Part shown: positions 50,901 through 62,699 of the stretch, piece by piece
How positions within the stretch are numbered: position 1 is the first letter of the stretch
Layout: the number at the start of each line of letters is the position of its first letter
Assembly: GCA_964035545.1 (NCBI GenBank)
Contig: OZ037767.1
Location: 10,302,581 to 10,366,580, forward strand
DNA from: Bugula neritina
Taxonomy: Eukaryota > Animalia > Bryozoa
Length of the DNA stretch: 64,000 bases
Direction: 5' to 3'
Program-made: the position numbers and the translations under genes
The notes under the pieces: generated by a model
What the model saw: the letters and a program-made list of their open reading frames with translations, nothing else
What the model was told of the DNA's origin: nothing
Database searches by the model: none

Positions 50901-53900
50901 CTGCACTGCATTGCTACAAAACCAATTTCTTTTTTACTTTTGTCTATTGTGTAATAGTCACTTTAATGTCTGTATTAGCCACTTTATGCATAAACTCAAG
51001 TCATAAACAACAAGTGCAATATATGTAGGCAGCACTGCATGTAGGCACATTACCCACAATGCACCTCCTTGTAGCCTATTCCATTTTATGTAGACTCCCA
51101 CTATGATTGTTATACAGTTTCTTCTCTGATTGTATACTGTTGAGTATGCAATGCTCAACTATCTCACTTTAATAACAACGCAGTCTCTCCCCCTCCCCAC
51201 CACACAATAATTCTGATGAAGCCCTACTGGCCCCAATGCAGATGTGTTCACATCATCCGACCACTGCACCTGTAGCTCTAATCTGTTTGCCTAGCATTAA
51301 TGTAACACTTTGGTGATTGTTGTCATGATAATAGCAGCTCCACCTGCACACTCCAACCTTGCCAATGCTGAGTGTCACAACAAGTAGTTGGTATTTTATC
51401 CACTTTAAAATATTTCATATTATTTATTTAAATTACTGCTACAGAAAGCAATGCCCACGCAGAAAGGGGAATGGTGAGACTTTTTGGGTTCAGTTGAAAT
51501 TCGGCTAATTTATATAATTGCAATATAAATTCGAAGAATGGGTATACAGCTTACTGACGCGCTATTGGCTAGCGACTCGTTTTGTCAATAGACCAGTTGT
51601 ATGGATCGTAATTTCACTGTACTGCGTTGTATAGACTGCAGCGTCTAAAGGTATCGACTGTAACACGTTCTGTCGTATTGAAGTGCACTAATTTGCTGCG
51701 CAATCATACGAAGTTGAAGATTTGATAGGAGCTGTCCACCAGCTGGCATCTAGCATTGTTTGAGGTGTATTAGGCTACACATTCTGCAAAAGTATACCAT
51801 CTGCCATACGATTTCTTTGGTGTAATCACTCTCTGGTACCATCTCACCTGTTAGCCAGTGTCATCCTGGTGTCACCATCTGACATGTGCTCTCTTGTGCC
51901 CCACAAGCTGCTCTGCATGGTATACCTATGCATTGCATGGTGTCCAGGTAAGTTTACTAATATTTATGTTTTTGAGGTGTTCTAACCTGAAGATATGCTT
52001 TTATAAGATATTGTCAGCTTCTGCCTTACTTTGCATGCTGCCGATTTTACTGTAGTCAGAAAGGAATGCACATTTCATACTGATACTCTCAAGTACTTTA
52101 AGTATGAATGGTCTATATTAGCATATAAATATTCAGTTATACTACTTTCTATTGTAACACTTTCCCTCTAGACACACTTTGCCGCACCATAGGCCTTAAC
52201 ATAAAATGTCCACCATTTTTACAAATGTCTGAGCTTCCTGTACGCAGTTGTGGTACGTTAGGATCATACACTGCTTGATTCAAAAAAGTTGCGGCAGGCT
52301 TCTATTGGACAGGAAAATGCTCATGTTAACTCATTGGATATAAATGCCCAATGAAGCGTCATAGATCGTACCCAATAGCGCACTTGGAGAACTTCAGCCC
52401 GAACACAAATGGCTGATATTTTACGTTACGGTCTACGTGCGGCAAAGTGTGTCTAGGGGGTTTCAGTTGACTCTTTCTGTTGTTTATAAACATTAAATTT
52501 TTATGAGTTGAAGCTAAGAAAACTTTGTAACCCTGTAAAGGTTAAATCTATGCAGCAGCAACTAGCTTCAGAGCTACACATCTGTGGGTATACTTGCTGC
52601 TGATATTATACCCCCGCCCCTCATGTGAGGTGGTGGACTACAGTCTATACTTGAAGTGGGGGATGTTGTATTGTGTTCTGGAGGTTTCAGTTCTGATTTG
52701 ATTCATGGACACAGGTGTGTTTCATGGAAACAGGTGTGTTTACACAAACCTTCCTCCCTCTCTTGAGTAAAAGTTACTGCAGATGAGTAGATACAAGGTC
52801 ACTCTCAATTCATAATAATATTATGATTATGATGTGCCCTGCAACCTGCCAACATTAATTATGAAGCAACAGACAATTCTCTGCCAGAGATGTATCTGTT
52901 TCTATACTGACCAGTCTCTGTGAAAGTCGTGCTGGTTTCAGGCTGCTGCCTGCATTCAGGGTCAGTCACCGTCACTGTAATTGCTGCTTTATTATGACAA
53001 TGTTACACCAGCTTCTCAAATACTTCAAAGGATATGCAATTAGAAGTTAATGTGACAGTAATTAGGTGACTGGCAATCCAACCCACTCTACTGTAAGGTA
53101 TATTATACTGCAGACATCAAGTATTGCCCACTCTACTGTAAGGTATATTATACTCTAGACATCAAGCAGTGCCCTCAACTGTAAGGTATATTACACTGTA
53201 GACATCAAGTATTACCCACTCTACTGTACAGGATACATCTCACATATTTGTCATAAGCTTAATAAGCCGCAACATTTGATACACCAGCACTATTGACAGA
53301 CATTGCAACACCAGCTGATTCTAACTAACATCTCTCTACCCAGCTGGCTGATTGATCATGTCGGCCATGTTGGTGGTAACTTCAGTCTCTATAAATAGCT
53401 CTTTTCTAGCTTTAGTCTTTGTGATAAGTTGAGGCTGCATTCATATACTTCTAAGAGATTCGTACTCCTGATATCTGTATACAGCCAGTATTGAGCTAAT
53501 ATTTTCTCTCAAATGAAAACAAAAGGGCCAGCTCTGGGTGTGAACTTTTACTGTCACATGCAGACTTATTGTAGATAAGTTTTATCTATCCTGGAGAGCT
53601 TTAGATTAGTGTGTCAAAGCAAATAGATATATATATATAAGTGTATTTCAGTGTTATCTCCTTGCCCTTGGATTTGTTATAACTCCACCAGTCATTGTTG
53701 GTATGCTGGGTGCAGGGCCATTGCATGTTGCTGTTGCTTTTAGTCTCGGCTTTTCTGTCTCTTGTTGTCTTTTGCTTTGTTGTCATTATCTGCACTGTCA
53801 TCAGTCATGTTTTGTTTTATTGAAAGCTTCAATGGCATGGACATTGTATGAAAACAAAATCAGTTTCTATTTTTAAGTGCAAAATATTGGGGAAGAGAAG

Positions 53901-56900
53901 TATACAGATTTTTATAATTTGTGGAGTTGTCTGCCCGATGTTGAGTAATGACGTGCATAGTTATAGGCAAGGTTTAGGGGTGTTTTGTTATTTGTTTTAT
54001 ATGGTCCTCTGTTAAATATGGGTTTTTAAGGTTGTGGAACTCGGACTAGAACATTTCTTGATTAGATGTTGGAGTTTTGTGCTCATGTTTATTTATGCTA
54101 ATTTAAGTTTCTTGCTTTGAAGCAAAGTTTTGCTGAGGACACAAATGATGAAACAGCTTACTGAGCTGCTTTTCTATTGGATAAAATAGTATGTGTTTGG
54201 TAGGTTGTGCTAAATCAACATTGTTCAAAAAACTAAATCAATAAATCACTACATTCGTTTTGACAAAGATGAACTCATGCTTGTTACATTACGCAAGTTT
54301 TAAATTAACAATTTATATTGATTAGAGGGAAGCTACCACCTGGAGAGGGAAAAACTGTATTAGTTTTTACTCTAACATCCCGTTTCCTAGGTTACTTTTC
54401 TTCTAACTGATTATTTTAATCATTTTAGCTCTGATTAGTACACTATGTTATTTCTTAAATTGTGTTTATATTAAAAGAAATGTTAGGAAACTTTATCATA
54501 GTGAAAATGGAACATTCGTGTAATAAAGCTATTATAAACATCTCTATACTAATATTCAGTTCCCATTCTTTTCTGGTCTTGGAAATATGAAGGAACTTAT
54601 TGCGAGACCAAATCACTCATTTAACTGCTTTGCTTTTAAAAGAGACCATTTATTGGCTTTTGCTCATGTTGCTAGGCTATAATTTTGATTTAAAATTCAC
54701 TGCAGGAATTCAGTTAAATTATTTAATTTTGGCAGAGAAAGAAGCCATGGTTCATTAGTGTTGGTTTAGCTTGGCACACTTTGAGCTAAGTAAGCAGTTC
54801 CAATCTTAACACCATAATCAGTGATGTTAGGAGGGGCATCCAGTCATAATCATTTCTCTGCTACGTTGAAAGATCTCAAGCTATGGTTTTAAGCGAGAAT
54901 TTCACTGCTATTCAGAAAGCCTTTTGAGGTTCGAACTGTAAAAATTTGAACTGAATTTTACAAAAAAATGGTTTCTACTGACTCTAGGCGTAGCAGCTGG
55001 CCGCTCATTAATAAGTAATTATTTTCAACAAATCACATTATTCACACTTTTAATGTAATTCAATAAAATATTGCTAGTGCTTAACTATAATTGCATGCAT
55101 TTTCACACCTCATAATCTTTTAAGTTTGGGTTTACTAAATTATATGAAACTAATACATTATAAATAATCTGCTTAGTTTATAATTATTTCTATTTTATGT
55201 TACTTTTTGTAAATGATTACCTAATTTAACCCACATCACATCTCCATCTTCTAGAAATGCCACTGGTTAGATTATTTTAAATTGGCTAATATTTTATGGA
55301 TTTGTAAATTCTTTTTTAATTTTATTGCTTTTCAATTAACTTAAAGCTTCACCAAATGTGTTATCTACAATGGTCTGGAATTTAAGGCTGTTGTGGAAGG
55401 GATAACATCAAACATCACCTTAGTAACAGTTGAAAACCTTAGGCTATCATAGGAGAGGTAATGAAGGCAGTTTCAATTTTGAAAGTACGTCACAGCCCCG
55501 TTAATATACCGTAAAATGTGTAGGTGTTTTATATACAAACCTTCATCTTAGCATCCTTTTGATATGAAAGAAGATGCAACATAATGTGTAGTATGGCTGT
55601 GTAATATTATTATATAGAAAGGATGCTATGTGTGTAGTACAGTTATGTAATGTGATGCCTTTTCTCATCGGAAGTTTCCAGACCTCGTTGAGTAACTTGT
55701 GTAAATAATGAAAGATTGTTGTCACTGAAATATCGGCTCATATTTATCTTCACAATAAGATTTGTATGAAGGTGACTCACCAGTGCTATTGTATTATGGT
55801 GTCTAGAGTCGAAGCTTGTCTAGCTTTGCTTTACTCTACCAGGACGGCTGGCACCTCCCCTCTCTATTCTACTAACTAAAATAAGTTACCTGCCAACTTA
55901 ACGTAATAGGCACTGTTTTAAGACAAAGTAATTATATAGTTTTTAGCTTTTGTGAGGAACTCTGTTTATACTTAGTACTAATGTCGACTTTATACCTCTG
56001 TTGAAAAACTACCGTCCGTGCACCTCTTTATAGTCTTACTGAAACTCTGTGAAATGATATTGATACGCAATCTTACTTTCTAATAGTGAAATATGCCCTT
56101 TGAAATAGTAAAGTTGACAGCAAAACAGTGATAATTGAGAAAGCTTAGCCGATATAACTATTAACATAAAAGTACGCCATCTAATCGCCAAAGTCATAAT
56201 TAAATAGCGACATTTGATTATTCTGAAGTTATAACAGAACAAAACTTTTGTTGAGTGGCCTTTACAATGCAATTTCAACTCGATCAAATTGAATTTCTGA
56301 CTGAAAATGGTAGGTGTCATCCCAGATAGACGCTTCCCAGTTTGGCGCTATTTATTTATTTTGGTACAATATATATTTTATGTGCAATTTATTTGAATAT
56401 TATTGAAATATATGTATATTTAGATAAACTTGGATCAATTGTTTGCTATTTAGCACATAAATAAATTCCTGTGATTTGCATTAACATATTAATTTTGCAT
56501 ATTCTATATTTTTTTTTGTTTAAAAAATATTTCGTGAATAAGTATTCACTAAAAATAATGTCTATATTATTAATTTATTACTGTTTTTTGCCCCACACAA
56601 ATCTGTGAAAAGTGGGCTATTATTCCAGATACTTTATATTAGCCATTATAGCTATTGGCATATTAGCTATTCAGCAATAAATACAAAAGTTATATTATAC
56701 AGTATTATGGTACCAAAATAAAAAATAACGTCTATCTGGGATGAAACCAAAATCGTGAAGGTATAAACCCAACTTTACTCTGAAATGTACATGTGGAGTG
56801 TAAATAAAGAATATGACTAATAATTATCATGGGTTCTCTACTAATTATTTTAGGCTCAGCGCATGGTCTACCCAAACAGCATGAAGACGCATCTTTGCCC

Positions 56901-59900
56901 AAAAACTGTACTACAAAAAGAATGGAGGCATTAGAAGAGTCCCGTATGTTAACAGATAGAACGCCAGGAACACCAGCCACTAATAAGACTGGCATTATGA
57001 TACCACAATGTAAAGTTAACGGACAGTATGAAGAGGTAGGGTAACTACAAAGTCAATATTTAACAAACCTATAGTATTAATCAAGTATTGATGGCAACTG
57101 CTCTACCTAAATTCGTCAGACTTTGTTTTATAATAAAATTTTATTATAATATTTTATACTATTATCTTATAATAATATTATTTTATTATAACATTTTATT
57201 ATAATATTTTATATTATACTATTTCATTAAAATATTTTATAAAAATACTTTTATAATATATAATAATATATTATAATATATTATAGTTATATTTTTTACT
57301 CATTAGTAACTTTAGCCATGGACATTGTGTGTAGAACTTCTCTTAGAGACTGGATGATGTCATAGTAACATAGTGCTGTGTACATTGTTATATTCTAATC
57401 TCACACTAACTATCTGTATGCAGGTACAGTGTCATCCATCTACTGATCACTGTTGGTGTGTCAACCCTGAAACTGGCTCACCTATCCCACAAACCACCAC
57501 ACAGTTCACCAAGCCCACCTGTGGTACATCTTATATACTCTTTATATTCAGTATATTATAGTTTGTATTAGCTAAATTATATGCTGTATATTATATACTG
57601 TATATTATATACTGTATAATATATGCTATATTATATACTCTATATTATATACTGTATATATTATATACTGTATATTATACAGCATATATTATATACTGTA
57701 TATTATACAGCGTATATTATATGCTGTATAATATATGCTGTATATTATACGCTGTATATTATACGCTGTATATTCAGGTAATGCTGCCGATGCCACATCG
57801 CTACTCGAATGCTCCGAGGCCGACCGAGTTGTGTTCAACTCTAACCTCATCGCCTACTTTTCGGCAGCGTATAATGCTGCCTCAGCCGAGGAGAGACTGA
57901 AATACATCAGCAGTAAGTTAACAGTATGATACTAGCCGCCAATACTCTATCACTGTATCTATACACCAGGTGAAACTGTAACTGTTAACATGTTTTAGCA
58001 TCAACTAGCAGTTTGCAAGGGCTGAGTGCAGACAACTCCAAGGTGGCCCTTTGGCAGTTCAACTCTCTGGACGTGAATGGAGATGAACTGCTGACTGCAC
58101 ACGAGGTGAAGGAGTTCAAGAGATACATTAAGAAGAACGTGAAACCAAAAGTAACTTCTATCATTCTATGTTATTGAATAATATTATATGTTATTGGATA
58201 CCATTATATTGCATTTAATGATATTATATGATATTAAGTAATACTGTATGGCCAACAATACGCTGAAAAAGTGTAGAGTTTTTGTGAAAACTATATTGCT
58301 TTAAAATTGGTAATTACGTCTTCTTTGATTTGCTGGTTCTTTATAAGCTGGAAGAATAACACACACAGGCCTGTGTGTAGGGGAGGGTATAGTGGGGGAG
58401 AGGATAGAGTGGGGGAGATGGTAGAGTGGGGTAGAGGGTAGAATGGGGTAGAGGGTAGAGTGGGGGAGAGGGTAGAGTGAGGGAGATGGTAGAGTGGGGA
58501 GATGGTAGAGTGGGGGAGATGGTAGAGTGGGGTAGAGGATAGAGTGGGGAGATGGTAGAGTGGGGGAGATGGTAGAGTGGGGTAGAGGGTAGAGTGGGGT
58601 AGAGTGGGGTAGAGGGTAGAGTGGGGGAGATGGTAGAGTGGGGTAGAGGGTAGAGTGGGGGAGATGGTAGAGTGGGGGAGAGAGTAGAGTGGGGGAGATG
58701 GTAGAGTGGGGGAGAGAGTAGAGTGGGAGAGAGAGTAGAGTGGGGGAGATGGTATAGTGGGGGAGAGAGTAGAGTGGGGGAGAGGGTATAGTGGAGGAGA
58801 GAGTAGAGTGGTGTAATGTACAGGGTTTGGGGTTGTAAAGGGCATGTATTTGTATAATGTAACACACGCTGTACACAAGTTTATCATTGTAGAGATGTTC
58901 TAAGGCGTTTGTGGCTTACTGTGACAGAAATTCTGACACTACAGTAACAGACCAGGAATGGGCTTTTTGTTTAGGTGGAAAGACAGATCGTAAGTGTAAT
59001 ATCTCTGTAGTATATTATAATACATGTGTAATATATTATAAGGCATGTGTAATATGTTATAATACATGTATAATATATTATTATAAATGTATAGTATATA
59101 ATAATAATATAGTATATTGTACGAATATTTCGGTCTGGCTTGTAGTGCCATTCAGACTGTTCCAGTCACTGAGTGCTGTCGGACCCCAAGAGCAGCACAA
59201 AGGGTGGAGTGGAGGTGTCCTTCCTATACAAGACCAGTCCCAGTCTTCTGGTTGGTTCTCAGGCTATTAGTTGTACACCATTGTGCTATACATTCACTAT
59301 ATACTTCACCATGTGTACTGTGTGCTATACATACACTACACTATATACTTCACTGTGTGTACTGTATGCTATACATACACTATACTATATACTTCACTGT
59401 GTGTACTGTATGCTATACATACACTATACTATATACTTCACCATGTGTACTGTATGCTATACTATACTGTATGCTATACACCATTACATGCTACACACAC
59501 TGTACTCACTACACATTAAAATCTAACACACTCTGTTATATAAACTATTCTCCTGTAATCTATGTGGAGATAATTCTCTTTAGACCGGAATAAGGTGACA
59601 ACTCCTGAACTGATGGAGCACCAGAAGAGATTGTTTGATATGTTGAGTGGCGAAGTGTCCAGCAAGCCTGAGACAGACACTGGCAAGCTCCGTGCTGCCA
59701 AGCAATCCGGCAGCAACGACCGCATTGACAGGTCACCTGACCAGATTGTTGATGATAGGAAGCTGGTTAGCCTTGCTAGTGAGTATTATAGTAGTATTCA
59801 GTTTGAGTATTATAGTAGCAGTCAGTTTAAGCACTATAGTAGTATTCAGTTTGAGTATTATAGTAGTATTCAGTCTGAGTATTATAGTACTAGTGAGTTT

Positions 59901-62684
59901 GAGTATTATAGTAGTAGTCATTTAAGTATTATAGTACTAGTCAGTTTGAGTATTATAGTACTAGTCAGTTTGAGTATTATAGTACTAGTTTGACTGGCAT
60001 TTACTAGTTAGATTTTGTAATTTTTTTCTCAATTTATTAGATTCTATGCCATATAAGTTATTCACACACATTCTGAGTAAATACCATCACATTTCAGGAA
60101 AGTTCTGTACAGATGAACGAGAGACGGCTATTGCAAAGAACAACGACCAGACGTTTGTGCCTACCTGTCAGGCTGATGGGAGATATGAAGCTACTCAGTG
60201 CCACAGCTTCAGTGGCTACTGTTGGTCAGTTTCACAGACTAATAGTATCACTCAGGGTATCATTTTAACTTTGATTCAAATCACAGTCTTTTCTTTGATG
60301 AAAGTTTTGTTGTATTTGTTAAACAAATTTATACTAAAACTAGGTTATGACAGATTTAAAGTATTTTTGAATTTAGTCATTCTGGGAAAGAAAACAACTC
60401 CAAATTAAAAAGTAGTGCTTTGTATTTTATTGAAATGGTCTGGAGTTTTTGTTAGTAGAAGCCATGCTTGCTCTGTACTCCACAGTACTTCGTACTCTAC
60501 CTCTTAATTATGTCTTACTCACTAAAGGTTTTTCAACGAAATACTACTAGTTATGCAAATTTTACTTACAAGTCCAAGCAGGTCAATCTCAGATCATAAT
60601 ATACTGTACCTAAATACACAGTATAAATATTAAAAAGTACATATTTGCCATACTTATAGTTACTTATTTTATTCCAAACGAGTGATAAAACCGCCTGTAG
60701 CCATATTTTAGCTGTCTGTAAATGTTTAAACTCTGAAGGTGTGTAGATGAGAATTCTGGTCTCCCCATATCCGGCACTTCTCGTCTCAAAGAGAACCCCC
60801 AGTGCGACAGGATACAGGAAGCTGTGATCCCTAGCAGCGTCGTACCTATCAGTCCGGCCAATGCTGTGGTCAACGAAAAAGCGGGAGCCAAGCCTAGAGG
60901 TAGGAAGAAGGGGAGTAAGAATAAAGTTAGAGGTAGGTCCTCCAACTAAATTCACTTTCTTCTTTAGTCTTCTGTCTATATAAACTTTGTTCCAGTTATT
61001 AATTGAAGTTGAGTAGGTGCAGTAATGGAAAAATTGAAAAAGCATGTGTTCTAGCAAAGGAAGTTATATTCTCATGAGAATTTCTACCACAGTTGATAAC
61101 GAATGCTACAGAACTTGGGCTATTCTAATTTCTTCATTACTAAACCTCAATGATTGAAGATTTTTTTTTACCAGAAGTCATTACATTTCAAAGTATATTC
61201 GGCCATTTTTTGTTGATTATTGTTAATATTTTATGGATATACTTCCTTGTGTGCCTGAAGTTAACACAAGTACATTTCTACACTGTTGATAACTCTGTTT
61301 GAGTATTGAAATATACGTATCTAAATGCTTTGCTGATGCTATTTCCAAGAATTAGTTGGTCTTTTGGGACTCTCCAATACAGCATTTTAAGCCTAGTCAA
61401 GTTGATTCTAAATTTTGGTTTAAGTTTTGTTGTAGGGTTAGTTATAATTCATAGGGATGTGTGCCTTCAAATCTAAATTTCAACTAGCTCTGTTCTTCAG
61501 TACAATGTTCATATGCCAGACTATATGGATGTCTTTAATTTTGTGGAAGGCATGTTTCGAGGAAATTGTAGGCTGTTACTGCTATAAACATACAAAATAT
61601 ATGATGTACTGTACGCAAGTGACCAGGTCCGGCAAGGTCAAGGTGAAAGCTCTGTTTATTGCAGAGATTCCGGGCTGTCCTTCACCCAACCATGGTAGTT
61701 TCTTAACTCAGCTTGTGGACCTGTTAACTAGAGAGATGGCAGCTGCGGGTGGGGCATTGCCCCCCTCACTGACTAGCAGCGCTAACTTGTCTCTGGAAGA
61801 AAAAGCAGTTCTTTGGAAAGCTATTACTGCTGACAAGAACAACGATGAGGTTTGTCTGTAACACGGCTTGTAACTTTTAATAATGGATGATTCCGTATAA
61901 AAGCGATGTTCCCACTATGAACTTAATGTGTGAAACATGAAGCTTGAGAGCTCTTGAAAACAAATTGTAGAAACTCAGACTAAATTATCTGATCAGCCAT
62001 CTGCAAAACTTTAAAGTGGCTGACAATTATTTAACGCATGAAATTAAGTTATCATCTTCAAGAATATCAAAATCTAATTTTAGCAGAAAAAATAAGTATT
62101 TGCAGCCTTTTTGAGCAACTTTTATTTTGTTTTGTTTTAGAAACTGAGTAGAAAGGAAATGAAGTTTATTAGACAAATAGTTAAAGAGAAAAAGATAAAG
62201 GCTCCAGAGAAATGCGGTACGAGATTCATGAAGTACTGTGATACGGATAACGACGGCTTTGTGACTGCTAATGAGTTGGTTATATGTACTGAGGTTCGCA
62301 GGAAGGCTCGTCGTAGTCAAAGAAAACGTTAGTAGACTTTGTCTAGTTATTTGTCATTCGAATTCACTTCTACTTGGGACTTACCCCTATATGACTCTTG
62401 AAATTCAGCTGCTAAATAGGCTTTGCTTCTTTATTATAAACATCATGTAATTTAACTTTTTTCTCACCTATCTCCGCTTTGTCCTGTTCGGGTAGCGGGA
62501 AACATCATCATGTAATTAATTTAATGTTGTAGTTTTAAAACTACAACATTAAATTAATTATTGTGCAACTTGGCAGCTCTTTGAGGCATCTTAATTTTCC
62601 TGTCTTTCTGTTTTATTTGTAGAAGGAGCTATAAGACACGCTGCCAACAGAAATCCATTTACTGATTTGCTGACACCCTCTTAG
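44975..62684 (+). CDS. SMOC: SMOC / Pentagone (Magu)-type SPARC-related modular calcium-binding protein, ~656 aa, 14 coding exons: signal peptide-Kazal-TY1-EC1-linker-TY2-EC2
   Basis: Phase-consistent exons: 44975-45025 (MELWVTSSLIFVSVLTL), 50358-50556 (Kazal, CKIVC...KPVCASDKRSYPSKC...HEGEC), 56854-57035 and 57424-57523 (thyroglobulin type-1, IPQC...QCHPSTDHCWCV), 57778-57912, 57999-58150 and 58893-58989 (EF hands DVNGDELLTAHE and DRNSDTTVTDQE), 59146-59250, 59584-59778, 60098-60224 and 60739-60932 (TY2, QCHSFSGYCWCVD), 61665-61849 (GCP...FL, DKNNDE), 62141-62327 (DTDNDGFVTANE), 62623-62684 (...RNPFTDLLTPS*). Total 1971 nt. Confidence 0.93.
48429..48808. mobile_element. MITE with ~40-bp TIRs and 3-bp TSD (PIF/Harbinger-like)
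   Basis: aggcctggcctcacgctcgtgagaatcacacgaaatcgt / acgatttcgtatgattctcacgaggtaaggccaggcct, flanked by TAT on both sides. Confidence 0.85.
48816..49135. mobile_element. MITE with 6-bp TSD (ATAGAA), subterminal repeats and internal telomere-like aaccct repeats
   Basis: ggtaaaaatggcac / gtgccatttttacc inverted ends; atagaa at 48810-48815 and 49136-49141; repeated gtgccat...tacc units. Confidence 0.8.
49935..50028. repeat. 23-bp tandem repeat (gcagcaaagagtttaggtttagg) x~4
   Basis: Direct reading. Confidence 0.85.
51884..51947 (+). CDS. SMOC: putative alternative first coding exon of SMOC (second signal peptide; Kazal-less isoform)
   Basis: ATG...CCA G|gtaagt encodes MCSLVPHKLLCMVYLCIAWCP plus a phase-1 G. 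It joins in frame to exon 56854 (GSAHG-LPKQ...), which supplies an A-x-G signal-peptidase site. Confidence 0.6.
52164..52460. mobile_element. MITE with ~45-bp imperfect TIRs
   Basis: ccctctagacacactttgccgcac...aacataaaat / attttacgtt...gtgcggcaaagtgtgtctaggggg. Confidence 0.85.
54744..54860 (+). mobile_element. degenerate tRNA-head SINE family fragment
   Basis: gtgatgttaggaggggcatccagtcataat core. Confidence 0.55.
56321..56740. mobile_element. MITE with CCCAG termini and apparent 2-bp AT TSD (CACTA/EnSpm-like)
   Basis: tcat-cccagatagacg ... cgtctatctggg-atga forms a perfect 16-bp inverted match; AT-rich interior with further inverted similarity (ttattttggtac). Confidence 0.75.
57575..57772. 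repeat. ~14-bp AT-rich tandem repeat (tatattatatactg)
   Basis: Visible periodicity. Confidence 0.85.
58378..58812 (+). repeat. purine-rich 17-bp minisatellite (gggggagatggtagagt)n, G-quadruplex-prone
   Basis: About 25 units with G4-G5 runs; explains the P/S/T/L-rich ORFs 58291-58887. Confidence 0.95.
59270..59480. repeat. ~47-bp tandem repeat (tgtgtactgtatgctatacatacactatactatatacttcac)
   Basis: About 4 units. Confidence 0.85.
59779..59990. repeat. 24-bp minisatellite (gagtattatagtagtattcagttt)n
   Basis: About 9 units starting at the SMOC exon 9 donor; explains the EYYSSIQF ORF tail. Confidence 0.9.
62513..62560. repeat. perfect 48-bp palindrome
   Basis: taattaatttaatgttgtagtttt|aaaactacaacattaaattaatta, no spacer. 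Confidence 0.95.
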
Positions 62685-62699
62685 TCTTTGTCCAACCCA

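Noticed and set aside
42730-56853. Mad/Medea/Schnurri silencer element GRCGNC(N5)GTCT, as in Dpp repression of Drosophila pentagone
   Set aside because: I found no exact match by eye near either SMOC start. The scan was not exhaustive, and a regex search on both strands would be decisive.
58291-58887. Three overlapping Pro/Ser/Thr-rich ORFs (extensin-like)
   Set aside because: They are translations of the 17-bp G-rich minisatellite in all three frames.
60566-61057. Minus-strand 163-aa ORF
   Set aside because: It is antisense to SMOC exon 60739-60932 and has no independent motif.
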